A stretch of 64,000 nt of DNA from Candidatus Omnitrophota bacterium (GCA_041674705.1 JBAYVF010000006.1:23241-87240), one strand, 5' to 3'; numbered from the stretch's first letter, positions 34,090-43,215 are shown. The notes: generated by a model not told the origin, from the letters alone. Program-made: numbers and translations.

Positions 34090-35080
34090 GGGCCGTTCGT
34101 CCAGACCCATTGTTCTCGCGCTTGGGAACTTTGACGGCTTTCATCTCGGCCATCAGAAGCTTCTGCGGTATGTCGTTAGCCAAGCGAAAAAAGAACATGC
34201 GCTTGCCGCAGTTCTAACCTTTCCTGAGCATCCGCATAGCATTCTTCATCCTGACCGTAAACCCATGATGCTCATGAGCCTGGAGCAGAAACTTTTTTAT
34301 CTGGCCGAAGCCGGGATCGACCTTTGTTTTTTGCAATCCTTTACCCCGGCGTTCTCAAAAATGACGCCGCGGGATTTTGCGGAAAAAGTTCTCGTAAAAA
34401 AGCTTCACATCCGCGAGATCTGCATGGGACACGACGCTCATTTTGGTCGCGGCCGGAAAGGGGATACGGGGCTCATGAAGGAGCTCGCTAAGACGAACGG
34501 ATTTCTTTTCAGGAAAATGAAGCCCGTGATGTCGGGAGGAAAACCCGTCTCGAGTTCCCGTGTTCGCGAACTTCTTATGAAAGGCGAGATCGAGCGAGCC
34601 GGGAAATGTCTCGGCCGGCCTTTCAGCATGTTCGGCAAGGTGATCCAAGGAAAAGGCCACGGGCTTCATCTCGGGTTCCCGACGGCTAATCTCGAAGTTC
34701 ATTCCGAGATTCTTTTGCCCCTGGGCGTCTATGTGGCTTCGGGACGTTTTTTGTCCCGCCCCCCTTCTTGCTTTCGCAAGAAAGCAGGGGGGCACGCTTT
34801 AAAATCAGCGTGGCTTCCGGGAGTCGCGAATTTCGGGAAACGGCCGACTTATCCCAAAGCAGAAACGCCACGGCCGGTCCTGGAACTGCACCTCCTGGAT
34901 TTCAAAGGGAAAGTTTACGGTCAAATGATGGAGATCGCCCTGCATCGGTTCCTTCGACCGGAGAAGAAATTTCCCGCCGAAAAGGCCCTTAAAGTACAAA
35001 TTCAGCAAGATGTTCAGGCCGCAAGGCGTTATTACAGATCAAGAAATCGCTTCAGAAATACGGGAGAGGCGAAATTTTGA
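34058..35080 (+). CDS. ribF: bifunctional riboflavin kinase / FMN adenylyltransferase
   Basis: LGNFDGFHLGHQ, SSSRVRE, GFPTANL, NFGKRPT, E.HLLDF. Confidence 0.9.
   Translation: MQIIPDLQKYKGRSSRPIVLALGNFDGFHLGHQKLLRYVVSQAKKEHALAAVLTFPEHPHSILHPDRKPMMLMSLEQKLFYLAEAGIDLCFLQSFTPAFSKMTPRDFAEKVLVKKLHIREICMGHDAHFGRGRKGDTGLMKELAKTNGFLFRKMKPVMSGGKPVSSSRVRELLMKGEIERAGKCLGRPFSMFGKVIQGKGHGLHLGFPTANLEVHSEILLPLGVYVASGRFLSRPPSCFRKKAGGHALKSAWLPGVANFGKRPTYPKAETPRPVLELHLLDFKGKVYGQMMEIALHRFLRPEKKFPAEKALKVQIQQDVQAARRYYRSRNRFRNTGEAKF
34758..34793. repeat. 36-nt GC-clamped hairpin in frame inside ribF
   Basis: gccccccttcttgc-tttc-gcaagaaagcaggggggc. Encodes an extra loop (..RPPSCFRKKAGGH..) between GVYVASG and the NFGKRPT block. 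Confidence 0.6.
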
Positions 35081-35094
35081 AAATCATTAAAATC

Positions 35095-35124
35095 TGGACA
35101 AGGCGAGGGTTGCTGGGGTATACT
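35095..35124 (+). promoter_or_regulatory. weak candidate promoter for rpsO (TGGACA-18-TATACT)
   Basis: Hexamer match only. Confidence 0.25.
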
Positions 35125-35188
35125 CCCGAGCCTTCAACGACTATAAAAAAGACGTAACTCAAACAAAGACGAGGAGTTAGAAGAAAAA

Positions 35189-35458
35189 ATGGCATTAGCA
35201 AAGACGAAGAAAAAAGAGATCATTTCGAAATACAAGATCAGCAAGAACGATTCAGGGTCCGATGAGGTGCAGATCGCCCTCCTTACCGAGCGCATCAACG
35301 GTCTTTCCGGACATTTTGGAAAAAATGTCAAGGATCACCATTCGCGTTACGGGCTTATCAAGATGGTCAGCCGCCGTAAAAGGCTTCTGAAGCATCTCCA
35401 AAGAGAGACCCCTGAAAAATATCAGCAGATCATCGCTCGCCTTGATCTGAGGAAGTAA
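35189..35458 (+). CDS. rpsO: 30S ribosomal protein S15
   Basis: 89 aa. GSDEVQIALLTERINGLSGHF..N.KDHHSRYGLIKMVSRRKRLLKHL. Confidence 0.95.
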   Translation: MALAKTKKKEIISKYKISKNDSGSDEVQIALLTERINGLSGHFGKNVKDHHSRYGLIKMVSRRKRLLKHLQRETPEKYQQIIARLDLRK

Positions 35459-35538
35459 TTTCCTCGTTTCAGATGGAAAATCAGCCTGTCCTTATCTTGA
35501 AGAAGTCCCAACCTCACAATCGAAAGGTGTAACCTCAC

Positions 35539-37722
35539 ATGACAAACGTCTCAAAAGTTTCTACTCAGATCGGGGGCCGCGAAGTGTCCCTGGAAACCGG
35601 GCGCATGGCCAAGCAGGCTCATGGCGCCGTGCTCGCCCAATGCGGCGGGACCGTGATCCTGGCAGCCGTGGTCGCGGCAGCGGATAAGAAAGAGATCCGC
35701 GATTTTTTCCCGCTCACCGTGGATTACCGTGAACGCACGTACGCCGCCGGGAAGATCCCGGGAGGTTTTTTCAAGCGGGAAGGGCGTCCCTCTGAAAAGG
35801 AGATCCTGACCTCGCGCCTGATCGACCGGCCCATCCGTCCGCTTTTCCCCGAAGATTATCTTAACGAAGTGCAAGTCTCAGTCACGGTGCTGTCGATCGA
35901 CGGCGAGAACATGACCGAGATTTTCGCCATGAACGCGGCTTCGGCGGCGCTCATGATCTCGGACATTCCTTACACGACCGCTCTCGGCGCCGCGCGCGTC
36001 GGGCTCGTGGACGGACAATTCATCGTGAATCCCACGCACCAGGAGCTTGAAAAGAGCGCCCTGGACCTCGTGGTCGCCGGGACGCTTGAAAAGATCGTCA
36101 TGATCGAAGCGGGCGCCCAGGAGATCTCGGAAGAGCAAATGCTTGAGGCCCTCAAAGTCGGGCATGAAGCGGTCAAGCAAGCCGTGAAGTTGCAGCTCGA
36201 CCTTGTGAAAAAGGCCGGCAAGACCAAGAAAGCCGTGAAGCCGCTTCAATTCCAGGCGGGTATGGAAAAAAAGATCGAGGCCGCGATCGGCGGGGAGTTC
36301 GAAAAAATGTTCTCTCAGTCAGGCAAGGAAGCGCAGGAAGCGTTCCTGAAAGGTCTTTATGAAAAGGCCCTTGCGCAGTGCGACACCAAGGCTGAAGATT
36401 TTGATGAGGCCCTCGTGAAGATCGCGTTTGCGCGGCTCGAACACGAAAAGATCCGTGATTTTGTGCTTTCGACCGGCAAACGTCCGGACGGACGCGGCGA
36501 ACGCGATATCCGTCAGATCACCTGCGAGATCGGCATTTTGCCGAGGACGCACGGATCTTCACTTTTTACCCGCGGTCAGACCCAGAGTTTGAGTGTGGTT
36601 ACGCTCGGCACGGGCGATGACGAACAGACGATCGATGCTCTGGAGAAAAATTACTCCAGGCGTTTTATGCTCCATTATAATTTTCCGCATTACAGCGTGG
36701 GCGAGGTCGGCCCCAATCGCGGAACGGGTCGTCGTGAGATCGGTCACGGGGCGCTTGCTTCACGCGCTTTGGAACCTATTCTCCCTTCCCAGGAAGATTT
36801 TCCGTATACCATTCGTCTCGTTTCCGAGATCATGGAATCCAATGGGTCGAGTTCCATGGCCACGGTTTGCGGCGGAACGCTCGCGCTTATGGATGCCGGG
36901 GTGCCTGTCAAGGCGCCGGTGGCTGGCATCGCGATCGGGATGGTGTCTGACAAGAGCCGCTGGAAAGTTTTGACCGATATCGCCGGGATCGAAGACCATT
37001 TGGGCGATATGGACTTCAAGGCCGCGGGAACCCGCGAAGGCCTTACGGCGCTTCAGATGGATATGAAGATCGACGGTATTACCGAAGCCCAGCTCAAGGA
37101 AGCGTTCGATCACGCCAAACAGGCGCGCTTCAAGATCCTGGACAAGATCGCGGCTTGCATCAAAACTCCGAAGGAACTTTCGGAATTTGCGCCGCGCATT
37201 ACGACCCTCAAGATCGATCCGGAAAAGATCGGCATGTTGATCGGTCCCGGAGGCAAGAATATCCGCAAGATCGTCGAAGAAACCGGCGCCAAGATCGACA
37301 TCGAAGATGACGGCCGTGTTTTCATTGCCGCGATGAGCAGTGAGTCCTCTGCTGCCGCGATCGCGCGCGTTCAGGCCGTGACCGAAGACGCCGAGATCGG
37401 CAAGATCTATGACAGCACGGTCCAGAAGCTCATGGTGTTTGGCGCGTTCTGCGAAGTGTTGCCCGGGAAAGACGGGCTTTGCCACGTTTCCGAGATCACC
37501 GAAGGATTTGTAAAAAGCGCCGGGGATTATCTCCGCGTGGGGGACAAGGTAAAAGTGAAGGTCCTCAGTGTCGATGAACGGGGCAAGATCAGCTTGAGCA
37601 TCAAGCAAGCGATGACCGAACCCCTTCCGATACTTCCTGAAGATCAAAGGACGGTCGTGGAAGCAGCTCCTCCGAGACGTGATCGCGATGATCGCGGTGG
37701 AAGAGGCCGGCCTCGCCGCTAA
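35539..37722 (+). CDS. pnp: polyribonucleotide nucleotidyltransferase (PNPase)
   Basis: Two RNase PH domains (FPLTVDYRE.TYAAGKIPGGFFKREGR; RPDGR...IR), then KH (GPGGKNIRKI) and S1. 727 aa. Confidence 0.95.
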   Translation: MTNVSKVSTQIGGREVSLETGRMAKQAHGAVLAQCGGTVILAAVVAAADKKEIRDFFPLTVDYRERTYAAGKIPGGFFKREGRPSEKEILTSRLIDRPIRPLFPEDYLNEVQVSVTVLSIDGENMTEIFAMNAASAALMISDIPYTTALGAARVGLVDGQFIVNPTHQELEKSALDLVVAGTLEKIVMIEAGAQEISEEQMLEALKVGHEAVKQAVKLQLDLVKKAGKTKKAVKPLQFQAGMEKKIEAAIGGEFEKMFSQSGKEAQEAFLKGLYEKALAQCDTKAEDFDEALVKIAFARLEHEKIRDFVLSTGKRPDGRGERDIRQITCEIGILPRTHGSSLFTRGQTQSLSVVTLGTGDDEQTIDALEKNYSRRFMLHYNFPHYSVGEVGPNRGTGRREIGHGALASRALEPILPSQEDFPYTIRLVSEIMESNGSSSMATVCGGTLALMDAGVPVKAPVAGIAIGMVSDKSRWKVLTDIAGIEDHLGDMDFKAAGTREGLTALQMDMKIDGITEAQLKEAFDHAKQARFKILDKIAACIKTPKELSEFAPRITTLKIDPEKIGMLIGPGGKNIRKIVEETGAKIDIEDDGRVFIAAMSSESSAAAIARVQAVTEDAEIGKIYDSTVQKLMVFGAFCEVLPGKDGLCHVSEITEGFVKSAGDYLRVGDKVKVKVLSVDERGKISLSIKQAMTEPLPILPEDQRTVVEAAPPRRDRDDRGGRGRPRR

Positions 37723-37734
37723 GCAGCGTTTTAA

Positions 37735-37787
37735 AAAAGGGGGCAGGCTACTTTTCCAATAAAGTGGCCTGCCCCTTTTAATTTTTT
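37735..37787 (+). terminator. intrinsic terminator after pnp
   Basis: aaaagggggcaggc-tacttttccaataaagtg-gcctgcccctttt followed by a T-rich tract. Confidence 0.7.
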
Positions 37788-37796
37788 GAGGATGCT

Positions 37797-38246
37797 ATGA
37801 AAGAAATTCAAGTCCTGATCAAGACCTTACCGCATTTCGAAGGCTTGCCTCTTCCGCAGTATCAGACCGAAGGTGCGAGCGGCATCGATCTCCTGGCGGC
37901 CTGCCAAGAACCTGTCACGATCCAGCCGGGGGACCGGGTTTTAGTTCCCACGGGTATCATTATTGCTCTTCCGAGGCATCTCGAGGCTCAGATCCGTCCA
38001 CGAAGCGGCCTTGCGATCAAACACGGCATTACGCTCCTCAATACCCCCGGGACGATCGACTCCGATTATCGCGGCGAGATCCAGGTCATTTTGATCAATC
38101 ACGCGAAAGAAGCTTTTACCGTAACGCGCGGTATGCGGATCGCCCAAATGGTCCTTGCCGAAGTGGTTAAGGCGAAGCTCGAGGTAGTCGATAATCTTGA
38201 TGGAACGCGCCGGGGTGCCGGCGGTTTCGGCCATACCGGCCACTGA
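37797..38246 (+). CDS. dut: dUTP diphosphatase
   Basis: GASGIDL, PRSGLA, GTIDSDYRGE, and C-terminal RGAGGFGHTG. Confidence 0.95.
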   Translation: MKEIQVLIKTLPHFEGLPLPQYQTEGASGIDLLAACQEPVTIQPGDRVLVPTGIIIALPRHLEAQIRPRSGLAIKHGITLLNTPGTIDSDYRGEIQVILINHAKEAFTVTRGMRIAQMVLAEVVKAKLEVVDNLDGTRRGAGGFGHTGH

Positions 38247-38354
38247 ACCGTAGCGGACAGCGTTAAGCGCTAAGCGTTCAGGATTGCCAAAAAATAAATC
38301 CGTTCATTATTAATATTCTTTACGCTGTTCGCTTAACACCTATCTCTAGGATTT

Positions 38355-40853
38355 ATGAAAAAAGAACGAGTCAACGAGATCTGGGGCGTTTTTTTCCTTT
38401 TGCTGGGGCTCTTCACTTTTGCGAGCCTTTTTTTCTATCGCGCTGAGGATATCGCGTTCTATTCTTCACATCCCACTTTCCCCGTCGCCAATTACGCCGG
38501 AGTTTTTGGCGCCTATGTTGCTTTCGGGCTTTTTCTTGTTTTTGGCGTGAGCGCCTTCGTCATCCCCTTTGTTTTTCTTCTTTGGGCAGAATGTTTTTTT
38601 CTTCAAAAAGTTCCCGAGCGGAAACTCTTCAAATTTATCGGGCTGGCCATTGCGCTTCTCTCGATCGCAACGATCGTGGCGATCACCGTCGGGCCCCAGC
38701 AACGCTTCGTCTATGGCGGCGCGTTCGGGTACGTGGCAGGCAACCATCTTCTGCGCTATTTCGGACGCTTGGGAAGCTATATTCTGGCCGGTTCTGCACT
38801 TTTACTCTCGCTTCTTCTCGCGACAGATTTTCTTCTCTATCCCTTATTTCGCGCGATCCTCGGGAAACTCCAAGCGCTCTTCTCAGGCGTTGCCGAACGG
38901 ATCTCTCGCGAGCCTCAAAAAAATGGAAATGCGGCTCTTTTGAAAAAGGAGCAGGAGCGACAAGCGAGGGATTTGAAACAGCGGGAGAGGGAAAAGGAAA
39001 AAGCGAAAGAAAAAGAAAAATCGGCGCCGCGAATGCCGGACATGCCGCTCAAGATCAAGACCTATCAACCGACCGCGGGCATGGCGGATGATAAGCCCAA
39101 TTCTCAATCAAAAAATTCAAAGGGTAATTGGACTAATCTTGGCAACCTTCAGTCAGAAGAAAATAGAGGCCAGGATAAGACGAAGGCTGAAAAGAAGCCC
39201 AAAGAAGAAGCGAAAGAGGCTGTGAAGAAACAGGTGCCGCAGCTTGCGGCTCCAAAAACGGAAGTTTCGAGCAAGGAAAAGCCATCAGAAAAGGGTTCCA
39301 GCGGCGAGGCCACCTTTAAAGGCGTGATCGGTTCCCAGATCAAGGCTGATGCGAATTATCAATTTCCCTCCGTAGATCTCTTGAAAAGACCGAAGGAAGA
39401 TGTGGTGGGTGGAGGCGATGATCTCGAAGCCAATTCCAAAGCCATCGAAGCGACGCTTGCCGAATTCGAGATCGAGGTCAAGGTGGTCGAGGTAGAGCAG
39501 GGGCCGAAGATCACGCTTTATGAGATCCTTCCGGCACCGGGCGTTCGCGCCAATTCGATCGCGGCCTATGAAGATGATATCGCGATGGCGCTTAAGGCCA
39601 CCAGCATCCGGATGATCATTCCGATCCCCGGGAAACAGACGATCGGGATCGAAGTCCCGAATTCTGTATCCCGGCCGATCCTGGTACGCGAGATGATCGA
39701 GAATCCTGATTTTCGTTCTCAGAAATGCATGCTGCCTTTGATCCTCGGGAAAGACACGAGCGGAAGGCCGATGATCGCGGACCTGGCGGCTATGCCCCAC
39801 ATTCTGATCGCCGGAACCACGGGAAGCGGCAAAACTGTTTGCATTAATTCCATTATCGCCGGGTTTCTTTATCACTGTACGCCTTCTCAGTTAAAACTTG
39901 TTATGGTGGATCCGAAAATGGTCGAGCTCGCCGTTTACAACAAGATCCCGCACATGCTTTCGCCCGTGGTGACGGATGTGCGCAAGGCGTCCAACACGCT
40001 CAACTGGGTCGTGATGGAAATGGAAAAACGGTACCGTCTTTTTGCTACGGTGGGTGTAAGAAATATTGTTGGGTTTAACACCCGCGAACTTTCCGAAGAA
40101 GGCGTGAAACAGGTTGAGGCGGCGGGGGATTCCGAAAATGTAATTCCGGCCTCGATCCCTTACATTGTGGTCATCATCGACGAGCTTGCGGATCTCATGC
40201 TGGTGGCGCAGGATAAGGTTGAGACCGCCATCACACGCCTTGCCCAGCTTTCCCGCGCGGTCGGTATCCACTTGATCCTTGCGACGCAGCGACCCTCAGT
40301 GGATGTCATCACGGGCGTTATCAAAGCGAATTTTCCGGCCCGTGTTGCGTTCAAAGTAGCCTCCGTCGTAGACTCCCGAACGATTCTCGATAACAAAGGG
40401 GCTGATAAGTTACTGGGCCGCGGGGATATGCTTTTTGTGCAACCTGGAAGCGATAATATGATCCGGGGACAAGCGCCGCTCATTGAAGACGAAGAGATCA
40501 ATCGCATCGTGGCTTTTACTGCGACTCAGGGAAAACCGGAATACCATTCCGAGATCCAGTCCGTGCAGAATAGCTCCATGCCGGGAGGCGCCGGAGAAAA
40601 AGATGATATGTTCGAAGAAGCGAAGCGCATTGTTCTCACCACGCGTCAGGCTTCGACCTCCTATTTACAGCGACGCTTGAGACTCGGGTATTCGCGGGCG
40701 GCCCGTGTTGTGGATCAACTGGAGGCTGCAGGCGTGATCGGCCCACAAGACGGAGCGAAGCCTCGCGAGATCCTTTTGCCGAACCCGACCGGAGACTACG
40801 CTGAAGCCACTCCCGTTGATGCTGGCGCCGAGGACGAAGACGATAACGTCTAG
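38355..40853 (+). CDS. ftsK: DNA translocase FtsK
   Basis: Four N-terminal TM helices, a low-complexity linker, motor domain GTTGSGKTV, IIDELADL, ATQRPSVDVITG, and gamma wHTH YLQRRLRLGYSRAARVVDQLE. Confidence 0.95.
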   Translation: MKKERVNEIWGVFFLLLGLFTFASLFFYRAEDIAFYSSHPTFPVANYAGVFGAYVAFGLFLVFGVSAFVIPFVFLLWAECFFLQKVPERKLFKFIGLAIALLSIATIVAITVGPQQRFVYGGAFGYVAGNHLLRYFGRLGSYILAGSALLLSLLLATDFLLYPLFRAILGKLQALFSGVAERISREPQKNGNAALLKKEQERQARDLKQREREKEKAKEKEKSAPRMPDMPLKIKTYQPTAGMADDKPNSQSKNSKGNWTNLGNLQSEENRGQDKTKAEKKPKEEAKEAVKKQVPQLAAPKTEVSSKEKPSEKGSSGEATFKGVIGSQIKADANYQFPSVDLLKRPKEDVVGGGDDLEANSKAIEATLAEFEIEVKVVEVEQGPKITLYEILPAPGVRANSIAAYEDDIAMALKATSIRMIIPIPGKQTIGIEVPNSVSRPILVREMIENPDFRSQKCMLPLILGKDTSGRPMIADLAAMPHILIAGTTGSGKTVCINSIIAGFLYHCTPSQLKLVMVDPKMVELAVYNKIPHMLSPVVTDVRKASNTLNWVVMEMEKRYRLFATVGVRNIVGFNTRELSEEGVKQVEAAGDSENVIPASIPYIVVIIDELADLMLVAQDKVETAITRLAQLSRAVGIHLILATQRPSVDVITGVIKANFPARVAFKVASVVDSRTILDNKGADKLLGRGDMLFVQPGSDNMIRGQAPLIEDEEINRIVAFTATQGKPEYHSEIQSVQNSSMPGGAGEKDDMFEEAKRIVLTTRQASTSYLQRRLRLGYSRAARVVDQLEAAGVIGPQDGAKPREILLPNPTGDYAEATPVDAGAEDEDDNV
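39090..39179 (+). repeat. 90-nt CCCAAT-family element translated in frame in the ftsK linker
   Basis: Encodes DKPNSQSKNSKGNWTNLGNLQSEENRGQDK. 20/30 aa and 75/90 nt identical to the rbfA copy, in the same reading frame of the element. Confidence 0.85.
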
Positions 40854-40897
40854 TCCGTTGCCCGTCGTATAACGTCGGAGACAAGAACGGTCCTTAC

Positions 40898-41533
40898 GTG
40901 ATACAAACTCCCGGAAACGAAAAAAAAGTCCTGCTTCATTCGTGTTGCGCTCCGTGTTCCTGCTCGATCATTCAGCGTATGGTGGAGAACGGCAGCGAGC
41001 CGACGGTTTATTTCTACAATCCCAATATTTACCCCAAAGAAGAATATGAGCATCGCAAACGCGAAGTCATCCGCTTTATCAAAAAAAATGGCATTCCTTT
41101 TGTCGATGCGGATTACGAGATCGATGGATGGCTTGAAGCTATAGAAGGCCATGAGAAAGACGCGGAGCGGGGAAAGCGCTGCACGATCTGCTTTGAGATG
41201 CGTCTCGGGAAGGCCGCAGCTTATGCCGCAGGCAATGGCTTTAAAGTGTTTGCGACCAGCCTCGGCATTTCCCGCTGGAAAGATCTCGCACAAGTGAATC
41301 GCGCGGGAAAACACGCCGCCTCTTTATTTTCAGGGCTTGTCTATTGGGATCACAACTGGAGGCTCTCAGGCGGGCAGGAACAGATGGAAAGGATCGCGAA
41401 AGAAGAGAATTTTTACCGTCAAAATTATTGCGGCTGCCTTTATTCCCTCGAGGAATCTGCGAAGCGGTCCCAATACTCATCAATTTCCATGAAGGGGAAA
41501 TTGGGGCAGCCCAAGTCGCCATCAATGAAATAA
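40898..41533 (+). CDS. queH: epoxyqueuosine reductase QueH (DUF208)
   Basis: LLHSCCAPCS, C.IC...R, and YCGCLYS Cys pattern. Confidence 0.8.
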   Translation: MIQTPGNEKKVLLHSCCAPCSCSIIQRMVENGSEPTVYFYNPNIYPKEEYEHRKREVIRFIKKNGIPFVDADYEIDGWLEAIEGHEKDAERGKRCTICFEMRLGKAAAYAAGNGFKVFATSLGISRWKDLAQVNRAGKHAASLFSGLVYWDHNWRLSGGQEQMERIAKEENFYRQNYCGCLYSLEESAKRSQYSSISMKGKLGQPKSPSMK

Positions 41534-41573
41534 AAATATAGACTTGGGCGGAATCTTGCCAAAAAATCCGCGA

Positions 41574-41651
41574 CCCTGGCTTTTATTTTTAATTTATGGT
41601 AGCCAGGGCCGCCCCAATCTCAGCTACGCTTCGATTGATTGGTATTGGGAC
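41574..41651. repeat. composite hairpins related to CCCAAT family, between the convergent queH and DUF190 genes
   Basis: ccctggct-...-agccaggg followed by ccccaatctcagctacgcttcgattgattggtattgggac. Confidence 0.55.
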
Positions 41652-41653
41652 GG

Positions 41654-41986
41654 TCAGCCTGCCCTGTAGAGAAGGACGTTCGCTTTTTCGAGAGTCACGA
41701 GGCCTTCCTTGACCATCGGATCCAAAAGCGGCAGGAATTTCGCGATCTTCTCCTCGCTGTCCACGATCTCGATCACAATAGGAAGATCCTCGGAAAGGCG
41801 CAGGATCTTTGTCGTGTGCAAGTGGCTTTTGCAGCCAAATCCCATAAAACCTTTAATCGCAGTAGCGCCCGCCAATCCTTCTTTTTTAGCAAGGAGAACG
41901 ATCGCTTCATAAAGGGGACGGCCTTCCCACTTGTCTGCTTCGCCGATAAAAACCCTTAACAGTTTTCCGTCTTCAGGTATTTTCAT
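41654..41986 (-). CDS. DUF190 domain protein (CrcB-associated)
   Basis: 110 aa. LLRVFIGE.DKWEGRPLYEAIV..A...GLAGATA..G..GFG. Confidence 0.75.
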   Translation of the reverse strand: MKIPEDGKLLRVFIGEADKWEGRPLYEAIVLLAKKEGLAGATAIKGFMGFGCKSHLHTTKILRLSEDLPIVIEIVDSEEKIAKFLPLLDPMVKEGLVTLEKANVLLYRAG

Positions 41987-42135
41987 GAATTGTTCCCCCG
42001 TTAGAGATAGGAAACGCTTTTTAGAAAGCGTTTCCGTGGGTTACTAAGCATCGACTGCGCTGAAATCATTTCGTTTTTAACCGCCCCATCCCAGCGAACT
42101 ATTCACATCCCAATCTCTAACGGGGCAAGCTCCTG

Positions 42136-42510
42136 TTAGATCCACCGAGCGAGCATGACGCCCAGCCGGAAAACCAGAAAGCCCAGGATCACGCTCAGGG
42201 CGATATTCATAAAGGCATAAAGGCTTTCGCCGTCTTTGGTGAGATTCGCGGTTTCAAGGATAAAACTCGAAAAAGTGGTGAAGGCGCCGCAAAAACCGAT
42301 CATGAGGAATACGCGAGCGGCAGGTCCCAACAGGAATTTTTCTTCGGCGAGGACAGCGAGAAAGCCGATCGCGAAGCAACCGATAAGATTGACTACCAGG
42401 GTCCCAAAGGGGAATGTGACTCCGAAGACGCGGTGGACGGCTCCCGAAAGGAAGTAGCGGGCAAAGGTTCCGAGAACACCGCCAGCCGCCAAACCGATCC
42501 ACTTCGCCAT
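42136..42510 (-). CDS. crcB: fluoride efflux channel CrcB/FluC
   Basis: MAKWIGLAAGGVLGTFARYFL....FPFGTLVVNLIGCFAIG...GFCGAFTTFSSF. ATG 42510 is preferred over the track start. Confidence 0.9.
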   Translation of the reverse strand: MAKWIGLAAGGVLGTFARYFLSGAVHRVFGVTFPFGTLVVNLIGCFAIGFLAVLAEEKFLLGPAARVFLMIGFCGAFTTFSSFILETANLTKDGESLYAFMNIALSVILGFLVFRLGVMLARWI

Positions 42511-42526
42511 TTTAGAGATCTCCGTA

Positions 42527-43129
42527 TTATTTTTTTCCGCCAAAAGGCTTGGCGGATCCGCCTCCGGCGGACTTACCGACGGTGAAGGCCTGGCCGAGGA
42601 ACTTGCCGGTCGCATAATAAGCGCTTGTGCCCGGATCGAACATGAAAGCTTTCATTTTTTCCGGATCGGGAAAGCCTTTGGAGTTGAGCGCCGACTCTTC
42701 CACCTTGATATCCTTGATCTCGCCGATGAATTGCGTGTGAATGCCGAGCTTGTGCGTTTCTTTCAGCGTGCATTCCAGGACGAAAGGAAATTCCTTGATG
42801 TAGGGTGCGTCGACGAGATCGCTTTTGACGGGCGTCAACCCCGTAGCCTTAAATTTATCTTCGGTCTTCCCGGAAACGATCCCGAAATAATCCGCTTCTT
42901 TCATATGTTTTTCGGAAGGAATATTTACGGTGAAGGCTTTTTTCGCCAGAATGTTCTCATAGGTCTTGCGATGATCGCGTATCGAGACCGTCACGCAAGG
43001 CGGTTCGGAGCAGGCGATGCCGCCCCAGGCCACGTTCATGGCGTTGGGAGCGCCTTTCGCGTCATAAGAACAGACGATCAGGACAGGAGTCGGAAAGAGA
43101 AGCGTTTTGGTACCGAGCGATTTTTTCAT
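42527..43129 (-). CDS. flavin reductase-like FMN-binding domain protein
   Basis: LLFPTPVLIVCSYDAKGAPNAMNVAWGG split-barrel pattern. ATG 43129 is preferred, because the track extension MKGIGT is read from the repeat element. Confidence 0.75.
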   Translation of the reverse strand: MKKSLGTKTLLFPTPVLIVCSYDAKGAPNAMNVAWGGIACSEPPCVTVSIRDHRKTYENILAKKAFTVNIPSEKHMKEADYFGIVSGKTEDKFKATGLTPVKSDLVDAPYIKEFPFVLECTLKETHKLGIHTQFIGEIKDIKVEESALNSKGFPDPEKMKAFMFDPGTSAYYATGKFLGQAFTVGKSAGGGSAKPFGGKK

Positions 43130-43215
43130 AGTCCCAATACCTTTCAATTTTTGCGAAGCAGAAATTGGGGCAATCCCAACTGCCCTTTATGTAAAGAAAT
43201 CAAAAGTTGGGATAG
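43130..43215 (-). repeat. CCCAAT-family 86-bp element, copy abutting the flavin reductase start codon
   Basis: Its reverse complement is 77/86 identical (hand alignment) to 51267-51352. It ends ...gaaaggtattgggact directly before the ATG. Confidence 0.9.

Noticed and set aside
41987-43215. Fluoride (crcB-motif) riboswitch upstream of crcB or of the operon
   Set aside because: I searched both spacers on the transcribed strand for the conserved GGnGAUG...AACCGCC...CUGAUGA core in the correct order. Only an out-of-order AACCGCC on the wrong strand was found. An Infernal scan would be decisive.
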